Counted from the first letter of the whole stretch, positions 1-12,081 are shown. The stretch is DNA of 63,639 nucleotides, filler included, from Licmophora abbreviata (GCA_900291995.1; 7 parts of 7 records of this genome joined end to end with filler, not necessarily neighbours in it), one strand, 5' to 3'. The notes: generated from the letters alone by a model not told the origin. Translations and numbers: made by a program.

Positions 1-225
1 ACTCCAGCCGAATGCATGGTGTTCGAGGATGCCCTGTCTGGGGTCAAGTCCGCCAAGGCTGCGGGTTGTTCTGTTGTGATAGCCGTCCCAGATCCGCGTA
101 TGGACACTCGTATTTACAAACATGAGGCAGATATCATCCTGAAGGACCTATGGCAATTCGATGGACGTCCGTGGGGAATCGATATTGACATGGACGCGAA
201 AAAGTGTGTTCAAGATAATTTTTGA
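1..225 (+). CDS. HAD-superfamily hydrolase (pseudouridine-5'-phosphatase/HDHD1-like), 3' part only
   Basis: Frame reads TPAECMVFEDALSGVKSAKAAG..VIAVPD, the HAD subfamily IA motif IV region (xFEDSxxGvxAAxAAG). Truncated at the window start. Confidence 0.75.
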   Translation, partial: TPAECMVFEDALSGVKSAKAAGCSVVIAVPDPRMDTRIYKHEADIILKDLWQFDGRPWGIDIDMDAKKCVQDNF

Positions 226-490
226 TTCGTCAAGAGTCGTGCTACCTGCTCATCATACTACTTGGATAAAGCTACGTCTATACTACTCATAAAAATCTCT
301 CCAAGCAAGTGTTTCTAAAAGGTTTAAAGTGTAATCGCAGCGGGTGAGCGCAGCATCTGGGTCAGTCTATACTAGCTAAAAATGAATTGGTACATGCCGA
401 GCAATGTAGTCGTTTGCTCGGTGATGATGGAGCTCCCTCAACGCGCAGATTGTCTGGAATCTAAACTCGGATCTGAGCGACAAGCATGTC

Positions 491-1594
491 TTAGACGGAC
501 AGATCCAGACCACTCAGAGAAGGCGAGTCGACGCGATGTGAGGAAGGCATTTCTTCAAGGATGGCCTCGTCGTCGCATGCACCGTCGCTCTGTTCGTTGT
601 TATCGCGCGAAGGCACTTGTTCGTGTTCTTGGCAATCCTCTTCGTCGACAATCGTCTTGACACCGTCAATGGCAACACCTGGGACGAAGAAGTGTCGACA
701 AATGGGGCATCGTTTCTTGCCCTTGGAGAGCCAGGTCAGCATGCAGTCGGCATGAAAAGCGTGAGGACACTCGTTGCGACTGGACCAGACAACCTTGTGG
801 CCTTCTTCGTACTGGGCGATGCAAATGGCGCATTCGGCTTCCACATGGCGACAAGGACGATTCAAAGTCGTGGTCGGGAGTGTCAGCATGCCATGGTCGT
901 GGCTTAGGTTACCCTGAGCTTCCACATCATCATGGTGGTTCTCGCAAGGGTTGGACGCATCACGACTCGAATCGCACAGGTCGTCTGGGCGCACAGTCTG
1001 AGGAAAAAGGAAAAGAACACGACGAACATGAGCACAGGTCATGATAAGAATCACGATAAGAGATCTGTGCGAACCACTTCGCCAGGGAACACGAGACCTA
1101 TTATGATACTCACCATCGTGTACGGTTCCAAGTACTTGACGTACTTCTCACGACGTTCCTTTCGTTTCTTGACGATACTCGCTTCGTGTACTTCTCGTTC
1201 GAGCTGAGATTGAAGTTCCAACGCTATCTGTCGATCCTGCTCTTGAAGTTGCAATGCCACTTCCCGATCCTGGCGGCGTCGGTAGCTCCCTGCCGCTCCA
1301 GGACAAACCTCCACGCCGTACTTGTGCCAGCAGTGCTCCCGAAGGACGCAGACGACAAGAACCAGGACGAACATCGACGCGAACACAACTAGGGCCATGA
1401 TCCAGTAGTTGTCGTTCAGAGATGTAAGGAAAGTCTGCAAGAGAACACAGCAGGAGACAGAAGAACGTGAGAATTCCAAGCTTCCCGGTACAACGGAACA
1501 CCCGAACACTCGAGCAGCGAGCAGATCTGTCACTCACCTCATCGTGTAGCTGCGTTTCATCTTGCGGCTCTGTCGCTTCTTCTAGCATCCTCAT
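491..1594 (-). CDS. Membrane-anchored RING-H2 E3 ubiquitin ligase (ATL-like), 3 exons (1594-1538, 1434-1114, 997-491; 294 aa)
   Basis: TM segment WIMALVVFASMFVLVLVVCVL; RING-H2 CAICIAQYEEG..CPHAFHADCMLTWL..CPICR. GT-AG introns 1537-1435 and 1113-998 restore one frame. Confidence 0.8.
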
Positions 1595-2050
1595 GTCGGG
1601 TCTGACAGTGATCTGGTTCTCGCTTGTATACTTTCTGGAAGCTTCTTGAGTAGAAAGGCGCTGTTGGCTGCGCTCTTGTCATTGATTGTGACCGACCTGA
1701 CCATGTTCAAAATACTAGAACTTCCTTTTGCAACACGTTGTCACTCAGCTACTCCACTCACCTATGCGTCACTGACGTCTATTGTTAAGTATTAGTGCGT
1801 CTATTATGTTCTTTGTGATATTTCTGCCATAGTAAAGAACGAGCTTTTCAACTCTGCGCCGGATCGTTCGTGGAAAGGGCGTGCTCGCGCGCTTCAAGTT
1901 GAAGCTCGCCAAAAATCCACCGTGTGGGCGTTTGAAAAAGAAGTGTTATCGTACACGTCGTTCGACGGGAACCTAACCGCATTCTCACTAAAACTTGACA
2001 TATTTGACTTGACACAGCTCTTAAAGAGAGTACCTACTCATAAGCGCATA

Positions 2051-3736
2051 CTACCAACCCGAAAAGTTTCCAAACGTCGTCCTCTTTGGCGGCGGCGGAA
2101 GTCTCGACACCCCCGTTGGCGGGTTTTTCTTTTCTTCTGACGCGGTGATGCTATCAGCCTGTATTGCAGCCTTTGGCAGGTACTTTCCAACTGTGGGCAC
2201 ACTGGCTTTCGAATCATTCGCAGCGGATCCTTTTGCGAGTCCTGGTACGCTGCCGGCACCACCTGGATGCCGCTTTCCCCCCAAGGCGGAAGACTTTCGG
2301 GACACTTGCTCGACCCTCTTTGCCTCTGCGCTTTCTTCGATTCGTTGCCGCTCGGATTCCTCAGCCTCCTTTGCAGGATTAACCAAAATTTCAATCGTCA
2401 GGATTGAGAGCTCCTTCGTCGGCCGGTCCTTCTTGTCAACAGGAACGCGCTCCATTGCCTGCAACACGTCAAGGCCGCGAACGACACGCCCAAAGACAGA
2501 GTGCTTTCGATCCAAGTGGTTGCAGCTCTTGAAGGTGAGAAAGAACTGCCGTCGGTTTGTTTTGGGTCCGCTGTTGGCCATGCTAAGAACTCCCGGTCCT
2601 GTATGCTTCAGCCGATCGTCGAATTCGTCCGCAAAGGGTCCGCCCCATAAACTCTCGTCCGAGTGGCCTTTCCCACCCTGCACCATGAAGTTTGGAATGA
2701 GCCGATGAAACTTTGTACCGTTATACTTGCCTTGCTCTGCGAGTCCCATGAAATTCGTGCATGTTCGTGGCGCAATGTCGCAATCGAGCTCTAATCCAAT
2801 ATCTCCCATGTTCGTGTGAAGTGTCACGTAGCCCTTTTTCTTTCTCTTGCGCATGACTTTGAACTGAGCCGCGAGTAGCTCTTCCTGCGTCGCTTCTCGC
2901 ATGTCGCTCTCATGCGACACCTCCATGACTGTACTCGTGAATGATCCTGATACTTTGCCAGACGTCATTTGCACACCCGTGACGGCATCGCTGAATATTT
3001 TGAGCTTCTTTGCCGACGATCCATTGCCCGCGTCGACGTCTTTCGTGGAAGAGCTCAACTCACGCTTTTCCCTGTTGGCCGACTGTTGTTGTATCTTTTC
3101 CAAGATTCGCGTAGCCGTCACACTATGTCTTACACCCGTATCCTTCGTATTGCTGCTTTCTTCCGTTCGTGCCATGCGAATGTGATGAAAGTTGTTGATA
3201 TCACGCAGTCGATTTAGCTCGACATTGTTGGGATCGTTCAGTACAATAACATCCTTCTTACTAAACTTCATTCCCGAAACGAGATCCTCATAGTTCTTCG
3301 TTTTGACGTTTAGCTCATGATACGCCTCGTACGAATACACATTGGCCTCGTTGGTGGTGGGCTGTCGAATGGCGACAATCTTCATATGATCGCTCAACGG
3401 CTTGGTCAAAACGGGGCACTGAGCACGGCCTTCCTCGTCCTTGTCAATTGTAAGAGTAAGGATATCCCGAGTCGTCATGGGACTTCCAGTGACAGGGTCT
3501 ACCTTGTGTTTGAGCAAGAAGGGGAGCAACGCTTCGTTCTCAAAGATAATTCCGTACTGCTGCTGCTGCGGTATACACACAGGATGCTCGTAGGGCGTCA
3601 GAGTCAGAGCGCAGCAATCAAAGGGAAGGCGACGCTGGACGTTATTGCCGATGACCGATGTTCCGGCACGGCGCTGTGCATTGGCGCGATGCTCTCGCGC
3701 CGACTGATATTGCTTTTCTTTTTGTCGCTTCACCAT
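2051..3736 (-). CDS. PPIL2: U-box/cyclophilin protein PPIL2 (Cyp60)
   Basis: N-terminal LPFDCCALTLTPYEHPVC/DPVTG U-box-like region; cyclophilin motifs FHRLIPNFMVQGG, GVLSMANSG, QFFLTF, HLDRKHSVFGRV; C-terminus FGNFSGW. ATG at 3736. Confidence 0.9.
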   Translation of the reverse strand: MVKRQKEKQYQSAREHRANAQRRAGTSVIGNNVQRRLPFDCCALTLTPYEHPVCIPQQQQYGIIFENEALLPFLLKHKVDPVTGSPMTTRDILTLTIDKDEEGRAQCPVLTKPLSDHMKIVAIRQPTTNEANVYSYEAYHELNVKTKNYEDLVSGMKFSKKDVIVLNDPNNVELNRLRDINNFHHIRMARTEESSNTKDTGVRHSVTATRILEKIQQQSANREKRELSSSTKDVDAGNGSSAKKLKIFSDAVTGVQMTSGKVSGSFTSTVMEVSHESDMREATQEELLAAQFKVMRKRKKKGYVTLHTNMGDIGLELDCDIAPRTCTNFMGLAEQGKYNGTKFHRLIPNFMVQGGKGHSDESLWGGPFADEFDDRLKHTGPGVLSMANSGPKTNRRQFFLTFKSCNHLDRKHSVFGRVVRGLDVLQAMERVPVDKKDRPTKELSILTIEILVNPAKEAEESERQRIEESAEAKRVEQVSRKSSALGGKRHPGGAGSVPGLAKGSAANDSKASVPTVGKYLPKAAIQADSITASEEKKNPPTGVSRLPPPPKRTTFGNFSGW

Positions 3737-3942
3737 GGTCCCACAGCAAGACAACCAAAGCTATATTTGCTCCAAATTTTGGTTGCAAGAATTTCGTGGG
3801 CGCGCCAAAAGAGTTGGAGTGGAGGTGGCGAGTCAGGAGGGCCGTCCGTCGTACCGGCAACATTCATGGACGAGTGTTAGAGAAATGTATACGTATACGC
3901 ACAGAACCATCACCTCTCCCTATCCTTTAAACTATCCTACGA

Positions 3943-5309
3943 CTACGACAGCGCCGCCAACATTTCGTCGACACGCAATAGCCAGTACTTCTTTCGAATC
4001 GTATCGTGTTCTGATGCTAGTCCCTTGGCCAAGTCTAGTGCCTAACAAAGCAATAGGGCATCGCAATCGATCATTAGTATCATAGCTGCAAGCAACACAA
4101 CGGTGCAACCAAGTCAATCCTGACGACACCTACCTTTTCCAAAGATTCCTTGTCGCCTTGAAACTCCAGCAAGTCGATTCGCGCCGAAGTCAAGTTCGAG
4201 CACCCGTTGGGATCTCGTCCAGCCTCTTCCAACACCGACGTCAATCCTGTGGCCTTTGCCTCATACTCTGGAACCAATTCACGCTGTTCCTTCATAACCG
4301 CAATGAGATACCTCCATGGAGATTCATTGTATGGATCAAGTTTGGCACCAGAAAGAGCGTAGGCAGCCTCCTTGCGCGCGTCATCAAGTGATAGTGAATT
4401 CGACGGCGAGCCCTTGTGAGCCACAAACCACCTTTGATTCCAAGCCGAGTTGTTTCTCGGGTCTTCCAGAATAAGAGAGTGGGCTGGCAAGATGAGAAGC
4501 CATAACAGTGTCAGTAATTTGTCGCCATCTTTGAAAGAAAAAGAGCCTGTATACAACGCCCGTGCGAGATACTAGCAATGGTCGTACCGTGGTCTCGCTC
4601 TTCGTCCCAAAGAACATGGTCGTCGACAGTCTGCAGGATCCATTGACGGTGCGACCAAGACTGCAAGAAAGAATAGATACAACGTGACGTACACGTAAGT
4701 TGAATGTTCTTTAGGCAATTGACATGCGACGAGGCACCTGCCAATATTCATACTCACGTGATAGTTCTTTCCGTCTTGCTCCAGCACCGTGGCAACGTAC
4801 GCCAGTTCTCCTCGTGCTCGCTCCGTGCTCATACCAGCAGCTTCCAACAATGCCCTTCGATGGTACCATATCTGGTAGTTCTTCGGGTTCGACCCACCGA
4901 GACTGGCTGCTAGGTGCAAGTCGCGGTTCAGAGCCTCGTCGTTGGACGACAGCAGACCGAGGGACTGGAGGCACTGACGACGAAAATGCCAAACTGTATA
5001 GTTCGCTGGGTTCAGCTGTAAACAGAGGGCTGTAAGTTTCAACGCGCGGTCTATTGACGAGAAAGAGACGATACTACCATCTTGTGAGACCAACGGAGAG
5101 TGATACACACAGCGACCATGAGAGAGCAAGGCGCGACACACACACGCACCAGAGCGCTCGTCCGCCTTCAGCATGGCCCTCATGTAATCATACGCCGTAA
5201 TGAAATCCTGCTTGTACTCAATCGTACATACAGGCGAAGGGCCGTCATCCTGGGAAATGGGATGTACATCGGAAAATATCACGGGGAGTTCCTCTGTTGT
5301 CAGCGCCAT
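3943..5309 (-). CDS. FNTA: Protein farnesyltransferase/geranylgeranyltransferase-I alpha subunit, 5 exons (5309-5150, 5050-4758, 4660-4588, 4483-4134, 4041-3943; 324 aa)
   Basis: [27 protein letters not shown] repeats ([52 protein letters not shown]), C-terminal HDTIRKKYW. Exon lengths sum to 975 nt. Confidence 0.92.
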
Positions 5310-5461
5310 GGTTGTGTTGATTGTGAGTTTGTGAGGGGGTGCGCGGTGCGCGGCAACGCCAGATTTGTGATCGGAAAATGGAAGATTTCAATATTTCAAG
5401 ATTGATTCGAAGGGTCAATCAGAAAAGTCAATAGCGTTTCACCATCATCATCGTGTTGACC

Positions 5462-6289
5462 ATGGGCAGCAGCACCGAAGAAGCACTCTCCGGCGTGTCG
5501 CCCTTTCTCTACCAGTATGTGATTGGTCCGCTCGATGCATATGGAGCAAACGACTGGAATCCATGGACGGTCGCTGTCGTTACAGCGCTGGTTTTGCTGG
5601 TGGTCCGAGAGTCGTTCGGGAAGAGTCGCGGCGTCGACTGGCTGGCCTTGATTCATGCACTGCCGATCGCCTTTGGCAGTGTCGTCTGCTTGTGGCTGGA
5701 CGCATACGCCTCGGATCCGCCCGCACCCGTCCGTACGGTCGACTGCATGGGACCACTGACCAGCTTGCACAGGCTCCTGCCAGCCATGACCATGGGATAC
5801 TCGATCTTTGACGTCTTGAACGGACTCGATCTCGGCTGGGACTTTATCTTTCATGGATTCATCACGGTCACATGCATGTGGTTCTTTATTGTACACGACG
5901 GGACGCATATCATATCGCCATTGCTCAGTATGGAAGTTTCGACGGTATTCTTGGCCATGGTCAAGGCGCCCTTCCCTCCGCTACTGAGCGTAGCGAATCA
6001 ACTCTGCTTTGCATTCTCCTTTTTCCTATTCCGTATCCTCATCGCCCCCTACGTCTGGTCTGGATTTATCTGGGAGTTTTACAGGACTCGCAATACGCAG
6101 ACGTGTTTTCCGGGGTACTTCTTGGCATTCTCGTTCGTGATTGGCATGTCGTTTCATTTGCTCAACGCCTTTTGGTTCTACAAGATTGTTCGTAAGATCG
6201 TCAGAAAGGTCACAGGATCCGAAAAGTATACTGACAACGAGATAAGCGCGAGGAAAGCGGCCGAAGCAGCGAAAAAGAAATCAAAGTAA
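5462..6289 (+). CDS. TLC (TRAM/LAG1/CLN8) domain membrane protein
   Basis: Multiple TM helices with ALIHA, GYSIFD, FIFHG, MEVSTVFL, FAFSFFLFRI, LNAFWFYKI motifs; C-terminal KKKSK (di-lysine ER-retrieval-like). Confidence 0.8.
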   Translation: MGSSTEEALSGVSPFLYQYVIGPLDAYGANDWNPWTVAVVTALVLLVVRESFGKSRGVDWLALIHALPIAFGSVVCLWLDAYASDPPAPVRTVDCMGPLTSLHRLLPAMTMGYSIFDVLNGLDLGWDFIFHGFITVTCMWFFIVHDGTHIISPLLSMEVSTVFLAMVKAPFPPLLSVANQLCFAFSFFLFRILIAPYVWSGFIWEFYRTRNTQTCFPGYFLAFSFVIGMSFHLLNAFWFYKIVRKIVRKVTGSEKYTDNEISARKAAEAAKKKSK

Positions 6290-6594
6290 ACCCAAAGGAT
6301 AAGAGAACCAGTCATGGGATGGAGCTGCTGACAAAGGATTATGTCTAATATCGCACGTCGTATCCGCGGCTTCTCGGTACTATATGCGGGTATAGGCGCA
6401 ATCGACAATCCATCGGGTCTTTTGCGACGTTACTCTCAGAGCCATCCCTATCCAATCTCCTGTAAGGAGCAGTCGACGAACCGGGATCTACCGTCGAGCC
6501 TCGTCGTCTCGTCCGGCAAGTCGCGTGTCGACACTATACTTTGAGAGCAACACGACGAAAGCAATGTCATCACGAACGTATCGGCATAACGAAA

Positions 6595-7995
6595 TCACGG
6601 TGCCTTCATTTTGTCCATCAATGTCAAATTCGCGCGTTTGGGAGTCTTCGACGTGCTGGTACTCTTGTTGCCACCCTTGTTCTTCTTCTTCTTCTTTTGC
6701 TGTTGCTTTCCCCCAGCACCACTCGTCTTTGCTTTTCCACCGCCCGTCTTTCGGTTCTTGGAGGACGTCGTCCTCGCCGAGGAACCGTCCATATTGGAAC
6801 TCACTCTCATCGTCTTCTTGCGTCTCGAATCCTTTTGACGCTTGGCACGCAAATGCAAGACCAACGCCGCCATCGGCTGTCCATTGTCAGGAGACGCATT
6901 AGCAGTATCAGAAGTAGTAGAAGCAGCACTTGCGGTCCCGCCACCAGGAGTCGGCCTTGGCCGCGCCAGACGCTCCTCTTCTTGTTTCGTCTGCTGCTCT
7001 TGAAACGCTTTGTAGTCGCCCGTCGTCTCAATAGTAGCGACACGATTGTCAAAGTGAGGCTTCGCTTTCCACGTTTTCGGATTCAGCGACTGTTCCACGA
7101 TGCATCCCGCGTATTGCGGATCCGCCGACTTTGAATCCCGCTCCGCACACTGCATCAAGGCCTCCAGTGCATTGCGAAGCTGCAATCGACCCAAGGCCAG
7201 TATGCGAGATCTTTCAGCTAGTATCATGGCGGTGGGAGCAGGTACGTTGGTGGTTTCCTTTGGATCTTCAACGACGGGCATGGTTGGAGTGTCATTCGAC
7301 ACCGGGACAGGAGGAGTCGCAGCTGGAACTTCATCGCCACTACTGATCGGCGTCGACAGTACCAAGTAAGCACACCCCGTCTTGATTCCGCGCCGACGAG
7401 ACTTTTTCGGTGGCACGGCGTACAGCACACGAGCTTGAATAGAGAGACGCTCAGAGGATGATCCTTCGTCCTCATTAGTGGCCTCTTGCATTCGGGCAGC
7501 ACTCGCGTAGTCGACAGTTGATTTTTCCGGCTCGTCGCTGATGGCGGTCGTCTCGACAGGGGTGGTATTTCCCGTCACATCTCCGCCTGTTCCTGTTTCT
7601 TGTTTGATTTCTTCATGTGCGTCGGCGCTGGCTGATTCCTTCTCCGCCCGCTCGATTGCCATCCGTTCCGCCTCAACCAAGCTCTGCACAGACACAGCAT
7701 CGAGCCGAATGGGAAGCACCGCCGCAGGCTTGTTGCTACGAGCTCCACTGCCTGTACCAGAAAGAGTGTCTTGATTGGCTTGATTCACAATGCTTTTGAC
7801 TAGTTCGATCATTCCTGCCACTGTCCCGTTCCGCTCTACGCCCCCGACATGACGCAGTGTGAGCTTGAGCTGAGGAGCCTGTGGCTGATGCGGATGTCCT
7901 TGCCCTCCCTGTTTGGTCTTGTTGTTGTTGCTGCTGGATCGCTTGGCGCCTCCTCGTTTTCTGGGCCGATTTCTCGGCCGAGGGGGCTTGTCCAT
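6595..7995 (-). CDS. UPF3/Smg-4-like nonsense-mediated decay factor (divergent)
   Basis: KLTLRH, CAYLVL, CIVEQS..K, DNRVATIETTGDYKAF and ALVLHLRAKR resemble, in order, UPF3 motifs KVVIRRL, RAYINF, IVEFAPFQK, DxKVGTIxDDPEYxKF and TPLLxFLK. Lysine-rich tail. ATG at 7995 preferred over the TTG at 8325. Confidence 0.55.
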   Translation of the reverse strand: MDKPPRPRNRPRKRGGAKRSSSNNNKTKQGGQGHPHQPQAPQLKLTLRHVGGVERNGTVAGMIELVKSIVNQANQDTLSGTGSGARSNKPAAVLPIRLDAVSVQSLVEAERMAIERAEKESASADAHEEIKQETGTGGDVTGNTTPVETTAISDEPEKSTVDYASAARMQEATNEDEGSSSERLSIQARVLYAVPPKKSRRRGIKTGCAYLVLSTPISSGDEVPAATPPVPVSNDTPTMPVVEDPKETTNVPAPTAMILAERSRILALGRLQLRNALEALMQCAERDSKSADPQYAGCIVEQSLNPKTWKAKPHFDNRVATIETTGDYKAFQEQQTKQEEERLARPRPTPGGGTASAASTTSDTANASPDNGQPMAALVLHLRAKRQKDSRRKKTMRVSSNMDGSSARTTSSKNRKTGGGKAKTSGAGGKQQQKKKKKNKGGNKSTSTSKTPKRANLTLMDKMKAP

Positions 7996-8582
7996 AGTCT
8001 TCAAGGGAGAGACCTGAACACGAGAAACGTCGTTCGACAAGGTACCCGTTACAACAGTCACATCAACACCAGCCTCATGGTCGATGTCGAATGCGTCGCA
8101 TAATGGACGGCGCGGCGACAAGATTTGAATCCCTCGACTCAATTCACTACGATGTGCTGAGTTTAGCAGACTTCGTAGCTCGATATTCGCCATGTCCTCC
8201 ACGTGGCGTCCTCCGCGCCATACTGAATGGAGGAAGCCGAGCGATCGCGACGTCTTCTTTGTGTTGGCGACTGCGACGACCAACGCCACATCACTCGTGA
8301 ATGGGTGTGTCTTTCGCTGCTTCAATCACAGCTGGGACAGAATCTTGCGTCGTTGACTCTATCGTGCCGTTGGAATCTTTCAGGAATGCGACTGCGATAG
8401 ACTCTTTCAGAAGACAGGATTAAATCACTTTACATTACTGCCTTCTGCTTGTTAATTTGGGGCCAAACTCTCAATTTTGGAGTCATCACTGTGTATCGCG
8501 CCCAGAAGTACGATTGTGTGCGCCGGCTATATTGAGTAACAAGCGCTGACTTTTCACGTCAGGCTTCTTCATTTTATTCACG

Positions 8583-9681
8583 ATGTGTCAGTTGCTCGGA
8601 ATGAACTGTGCTGCGCCGACCGACTTTAACTTTTCTTTCCAGGGCTTCTGTCGTCGGGGTGGCTGTACCGACATACATTCGCACGGGTGGGGGATTGCAA
8701 TTTACGAGGGAAATGCATTGCGGACTTTTCTAGACGATCAGCCTGCGGCCGAGTCGCCGATAGCCGAGCTCGTACGACAATATCCCGTCAAAACCTACAA
8801 TATGATGGCACATATTCGATATGCGACACAAGGAGGGGTGTCGCTGGAGAATGTACATCCGTTTCAGCGTGAAATGGTGAGTATAGTAGAATGGTTCTGC
8901 GAACTAGCATGATTAACTACTGGGCTGACTGGTATCGCTCGTTCTATCTTCCCTTACTTTAAATCACCAGTGGGGCATTCAATGGACTTTTGCTCATAAT
9001 GGAGAAGTGCCAAAGTTTAGCAAGAAGAATATGGATGATGAACATCCCCTGTTAGGCAAGACCAAACCTGGCGACGTTTGCTACTATCATGCCGTAGGAG
9101 ATACCGACTCGGAAGCTGTCTTTTGTGCCATTCTCAATGCTCTCAAGGCAGAATTTCCGACACTCCCCACCTTGCCTATTTTGCATGAAACGATTCGACG
9201 TCTCTGTGATGAAATTATTCAGGGGCGGGACGATGAGACGATTTTTAACTTTCTCTTGGGATGTGGACAGTACACGCTCTTTGCCTACTCGTGGCCCGGA
9301 AGTCGACCTGGATCCAAAGTTTGGAATGGGTTGTATTATATTGTAAGAGAACCACCCTTTTCGACTGCACAACTGATTGACGTGGACTACTCGATCGACT
9401 TTTCTAAGGTGACAACTCCTCAAGACCGTGTCGCAGTCATTACAACGAAGCCCCTCACGAACGAGGCTGGATGGAAGGAGTTCAAGAAGGGCGAGCTATT
9501 GATGTTTGACAACGGCATTCCTTACTCGGCACCGAGAGATTGCGAGCACGTCGAGCGACAGGGACGAGGACTCTGTTCCAAGTCATTTCGGCGGGCAGCG
9601 AGTGCACCAATAGATATCATATCGTCCTCTCCAACCGGAATCGAGGAGATTACGGATCTCTGTGCCAGTGCCGGAATGTAA
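8583..9681 (+). CDS. Class II glutamine amidotransferase, YafJ-like (GATase_4), 2 exons (8583-8876, 8971-9681)
   Basis: N-terminal nucleophile Cys2 (MCQLLGMN), HSHGWGIA, AHIRYATQG, NVHPFQREM|WGIQWTFAHNG, GDTDSE. GT-AG intron 8877-8970. Confidence 0.88.
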
Positions 9682-9909
9682 GGCGGCGTTACTCTTTTGA
9701 TCTCATGCTCGTTTGCTAGGGGGTGACGTGGGGCGAGGCGAGGCGAGACACTTTCTGCTGCTACAAGTGTGTCTCAAGTCGATATCGCTGCTCTAATTGT
9801 ATGTACCATTCATGTTAAACCACATTACAAGTGTTGTAAGATGACACTTTATGAATCTGCTGTCAGTAGAATCATTAGCACAGTCTTTACAGCCGATCCT
9901 CTACGCAGC

Positions 9910-11010
9910 TTAGTATTCATCCTTCTCGTCGTCGAGTTCATGCGCCGCTACGCCTCTGCGAACGGCGTTGGCGACCTTGCTTCGAGCACTGGAGTCGGCG
10001 TACTTGCCAATATGTTCGAGATATCGGTCCTTGTCAGGCAACGTTCTCTTTACACAGTCGAGATTGACCACATGGCTGTACCACTCGTGGAATGGCTTCA
10101 GTTCCGGATCGTCCTGCGATATGACATACTCGGGTCCTCGGTAGTGCTCAAAGACGTAGTACCGAAACGCCCATGGAAGGAGTGCCAAATCGACATTGGA
10201 GAGCTGCGCGTCTGCCAAAAAGAGCGGCCCCGACGTTTTCTGGAGCTCTTTGCCGAAACTCTTCAAGCCGACCAGTAACTTCTGAAAGTGTTCCATACGT
10301 TCCTCGTTTTCCAGTCGCACCAACACGCCATAGTACGGAGAACAGCAATCGCGATTGACACGGTCGGCCCAAATCCGACAGCGTGCCGCCTCATACGGGT
10401 CTTCCGGTACCAGCCGATCGGTTCCAGTTGCACCACTAATTTGATCAATGAAATCAATAGATACCAATGATTCGTAGACACTCTTTGTCTCGTCTGGTTC
10501 CTTCGTTGCGGCATCGTACGGGATCAATGTAGGGACCAGAGCCGATGGATTGGCGCGACGCAGTTCGTCCGCCTTCCAGTGATACCACCATTCTTTCCCA
10601 GTCCCCGTCACGTTGTGCTCATCCTTACGTTGCTCCCAGCCCTATTAGATTATAAGCATACATGTCGGGAACGAGGTGGGTGAGATTCGCGACGCAGCAC
10701 AATCACACTTGAGCAACGTCTTTTCAACACGGGCTCACGTACCAGCGCCTCTACCCATTCGTACTCGACTCTGCCAGCATGGTGCTCCAATGCCAAGGTA
10801 GCTCGGTGCGCAAAGGGGCAGACTGGAGGAAAAGAACACTCGCAATGGTGAGAACCGACGGTGCGTCTCAACTTGGACTACCACATAGCTACTATAAGCA
10901 GTTTGAAGTTATAGATATCACGCCGAAATGTCAAACTTACACCACGCCGACAAGTAGCGAAACTTTGGAAGATTCTTGGCCGCCGTGGCCGCAGCAGCTG
11001 ACGCAGTCAT
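9910..11010 (-). CDS. Glutathione S-transferase, omega-like, 3 exons (11010-10941, 10822-10743, 10641-9910; 293 aa)
   Basis: Spliced active site SAW-FCPFAHR, NPSALVPTL, YESLVSIDFID, LSNVDLALLPW. Confidence 0.87.
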
Positions 11011-11358
11011 GCCTACACTTGAAAACGGGAAGGAAAGTCACCGCCAATGGAGCCAAGACAAGGTTGCTGCAGCTCCAAACTGCAACTCAAACTGCGTTCT
11101 AGTTGTGTGTGTCAACTGTCAACGCGATGCAGATTTTTTGCATCGGAGGGAAGTTTCGTCTGCCATGCGCCTGTTCGCACATTAAGCGCGCGCGCGACCA
11201 CCCATTTCCTGCTTACGGTCGGCGGACAGCATTTTCCAGCCGACAAAACAGAAATCTATGTGACGATGGCGAGCCATATTATATTGCCCTCTCTCTCGTT
11301 CGACTTTCGCAGCAAGCATCCTTTGCAGTGTGTGTTGGTATCCCAAACTGCCTGTTGA

Positions 11359-11981
11359 ATGATAATCTTACAACACAGACACGTGTGCTTGGGAAAAGTG
11401 TTGTTTCTGCTGCCTGTCTTGATGAAATCCGTTCATGGCCTTGTTGTCCGGACGCGACGAGCGTCGTCGTCTCCATGTGCCATCAAGTCAAGGTACTTGA
11501 TGGGACCTTCACTGTCATACCGGGGAGAAAATTCCAGAGTCAGTGATCATCCTTGGACAAGGAGAATAGATGGATTGTCAGATTTTTCGTATCAAGCACC
11601 GTCGCCGCGGGCGTACCGCGCAGTAGGGCGACTCTTCAATTCCAAAGTTTCGACTGATGAGGGCGATCTATCATCATCCGGCTTCTTCGCACCGTCTCAC
11701 GAGTCATTTGAATCTATGGGAGTCTCATCCCCTATTCTACTTTCTAGAATCACAAATAGCGTCGGTTTGACTCGTCCGTCGGCCGTCCAGACTGCCGCCT
11801 ACAAAGCCATTTCGGAAGGAAACGACGTCACTATTGGCGCTGAAACGGGGAGTGGCAAGACGTTTGCGTATCTACTGCCACTGGTGGATGATATTCTTCA
11901 GCGTAAGCAGCATGGGGACTTGGGGTATGACTTTTGTCGAGCGATCATTTTAGTTCCGAACAAGGAACTGGTACAACAAGT
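11359..11981 (+). CDS. DEAD-box RNA helicase, 5' part (runs into linker); possible organellar presequence
   Basis: Q motif (SFESMGV..PSAVQ), motif I AETGSGKT, motif Ia AIILVPNKELVQQ. Confidence 0.85.
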
Positions 11982-12081
11982 NNNNNNNNNNNNNNNNNNN
12001 NNNNNNNNNNNNNNNNNNNNNNNNNTTAATTAATTAANNNNNNNNNNNNNNNNNNNNNNNNNNNNNNNNNNNNNNNNNNNN
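11982..12081. other. Artificial assembly linker (44 N + TTAATTAATTAA + 44 N)
   Basis: Identical 100-nt structure occurs six times; the 12-mer gives stops in all six frames. Confidence 0.98.

Noticed and set aside
1592..1704. Upstream out-of-frame ORF whose TGA overlaps the RING gene ATG
   Set aside because: The transcription start is unknown and short ORFs like this arise by chance.
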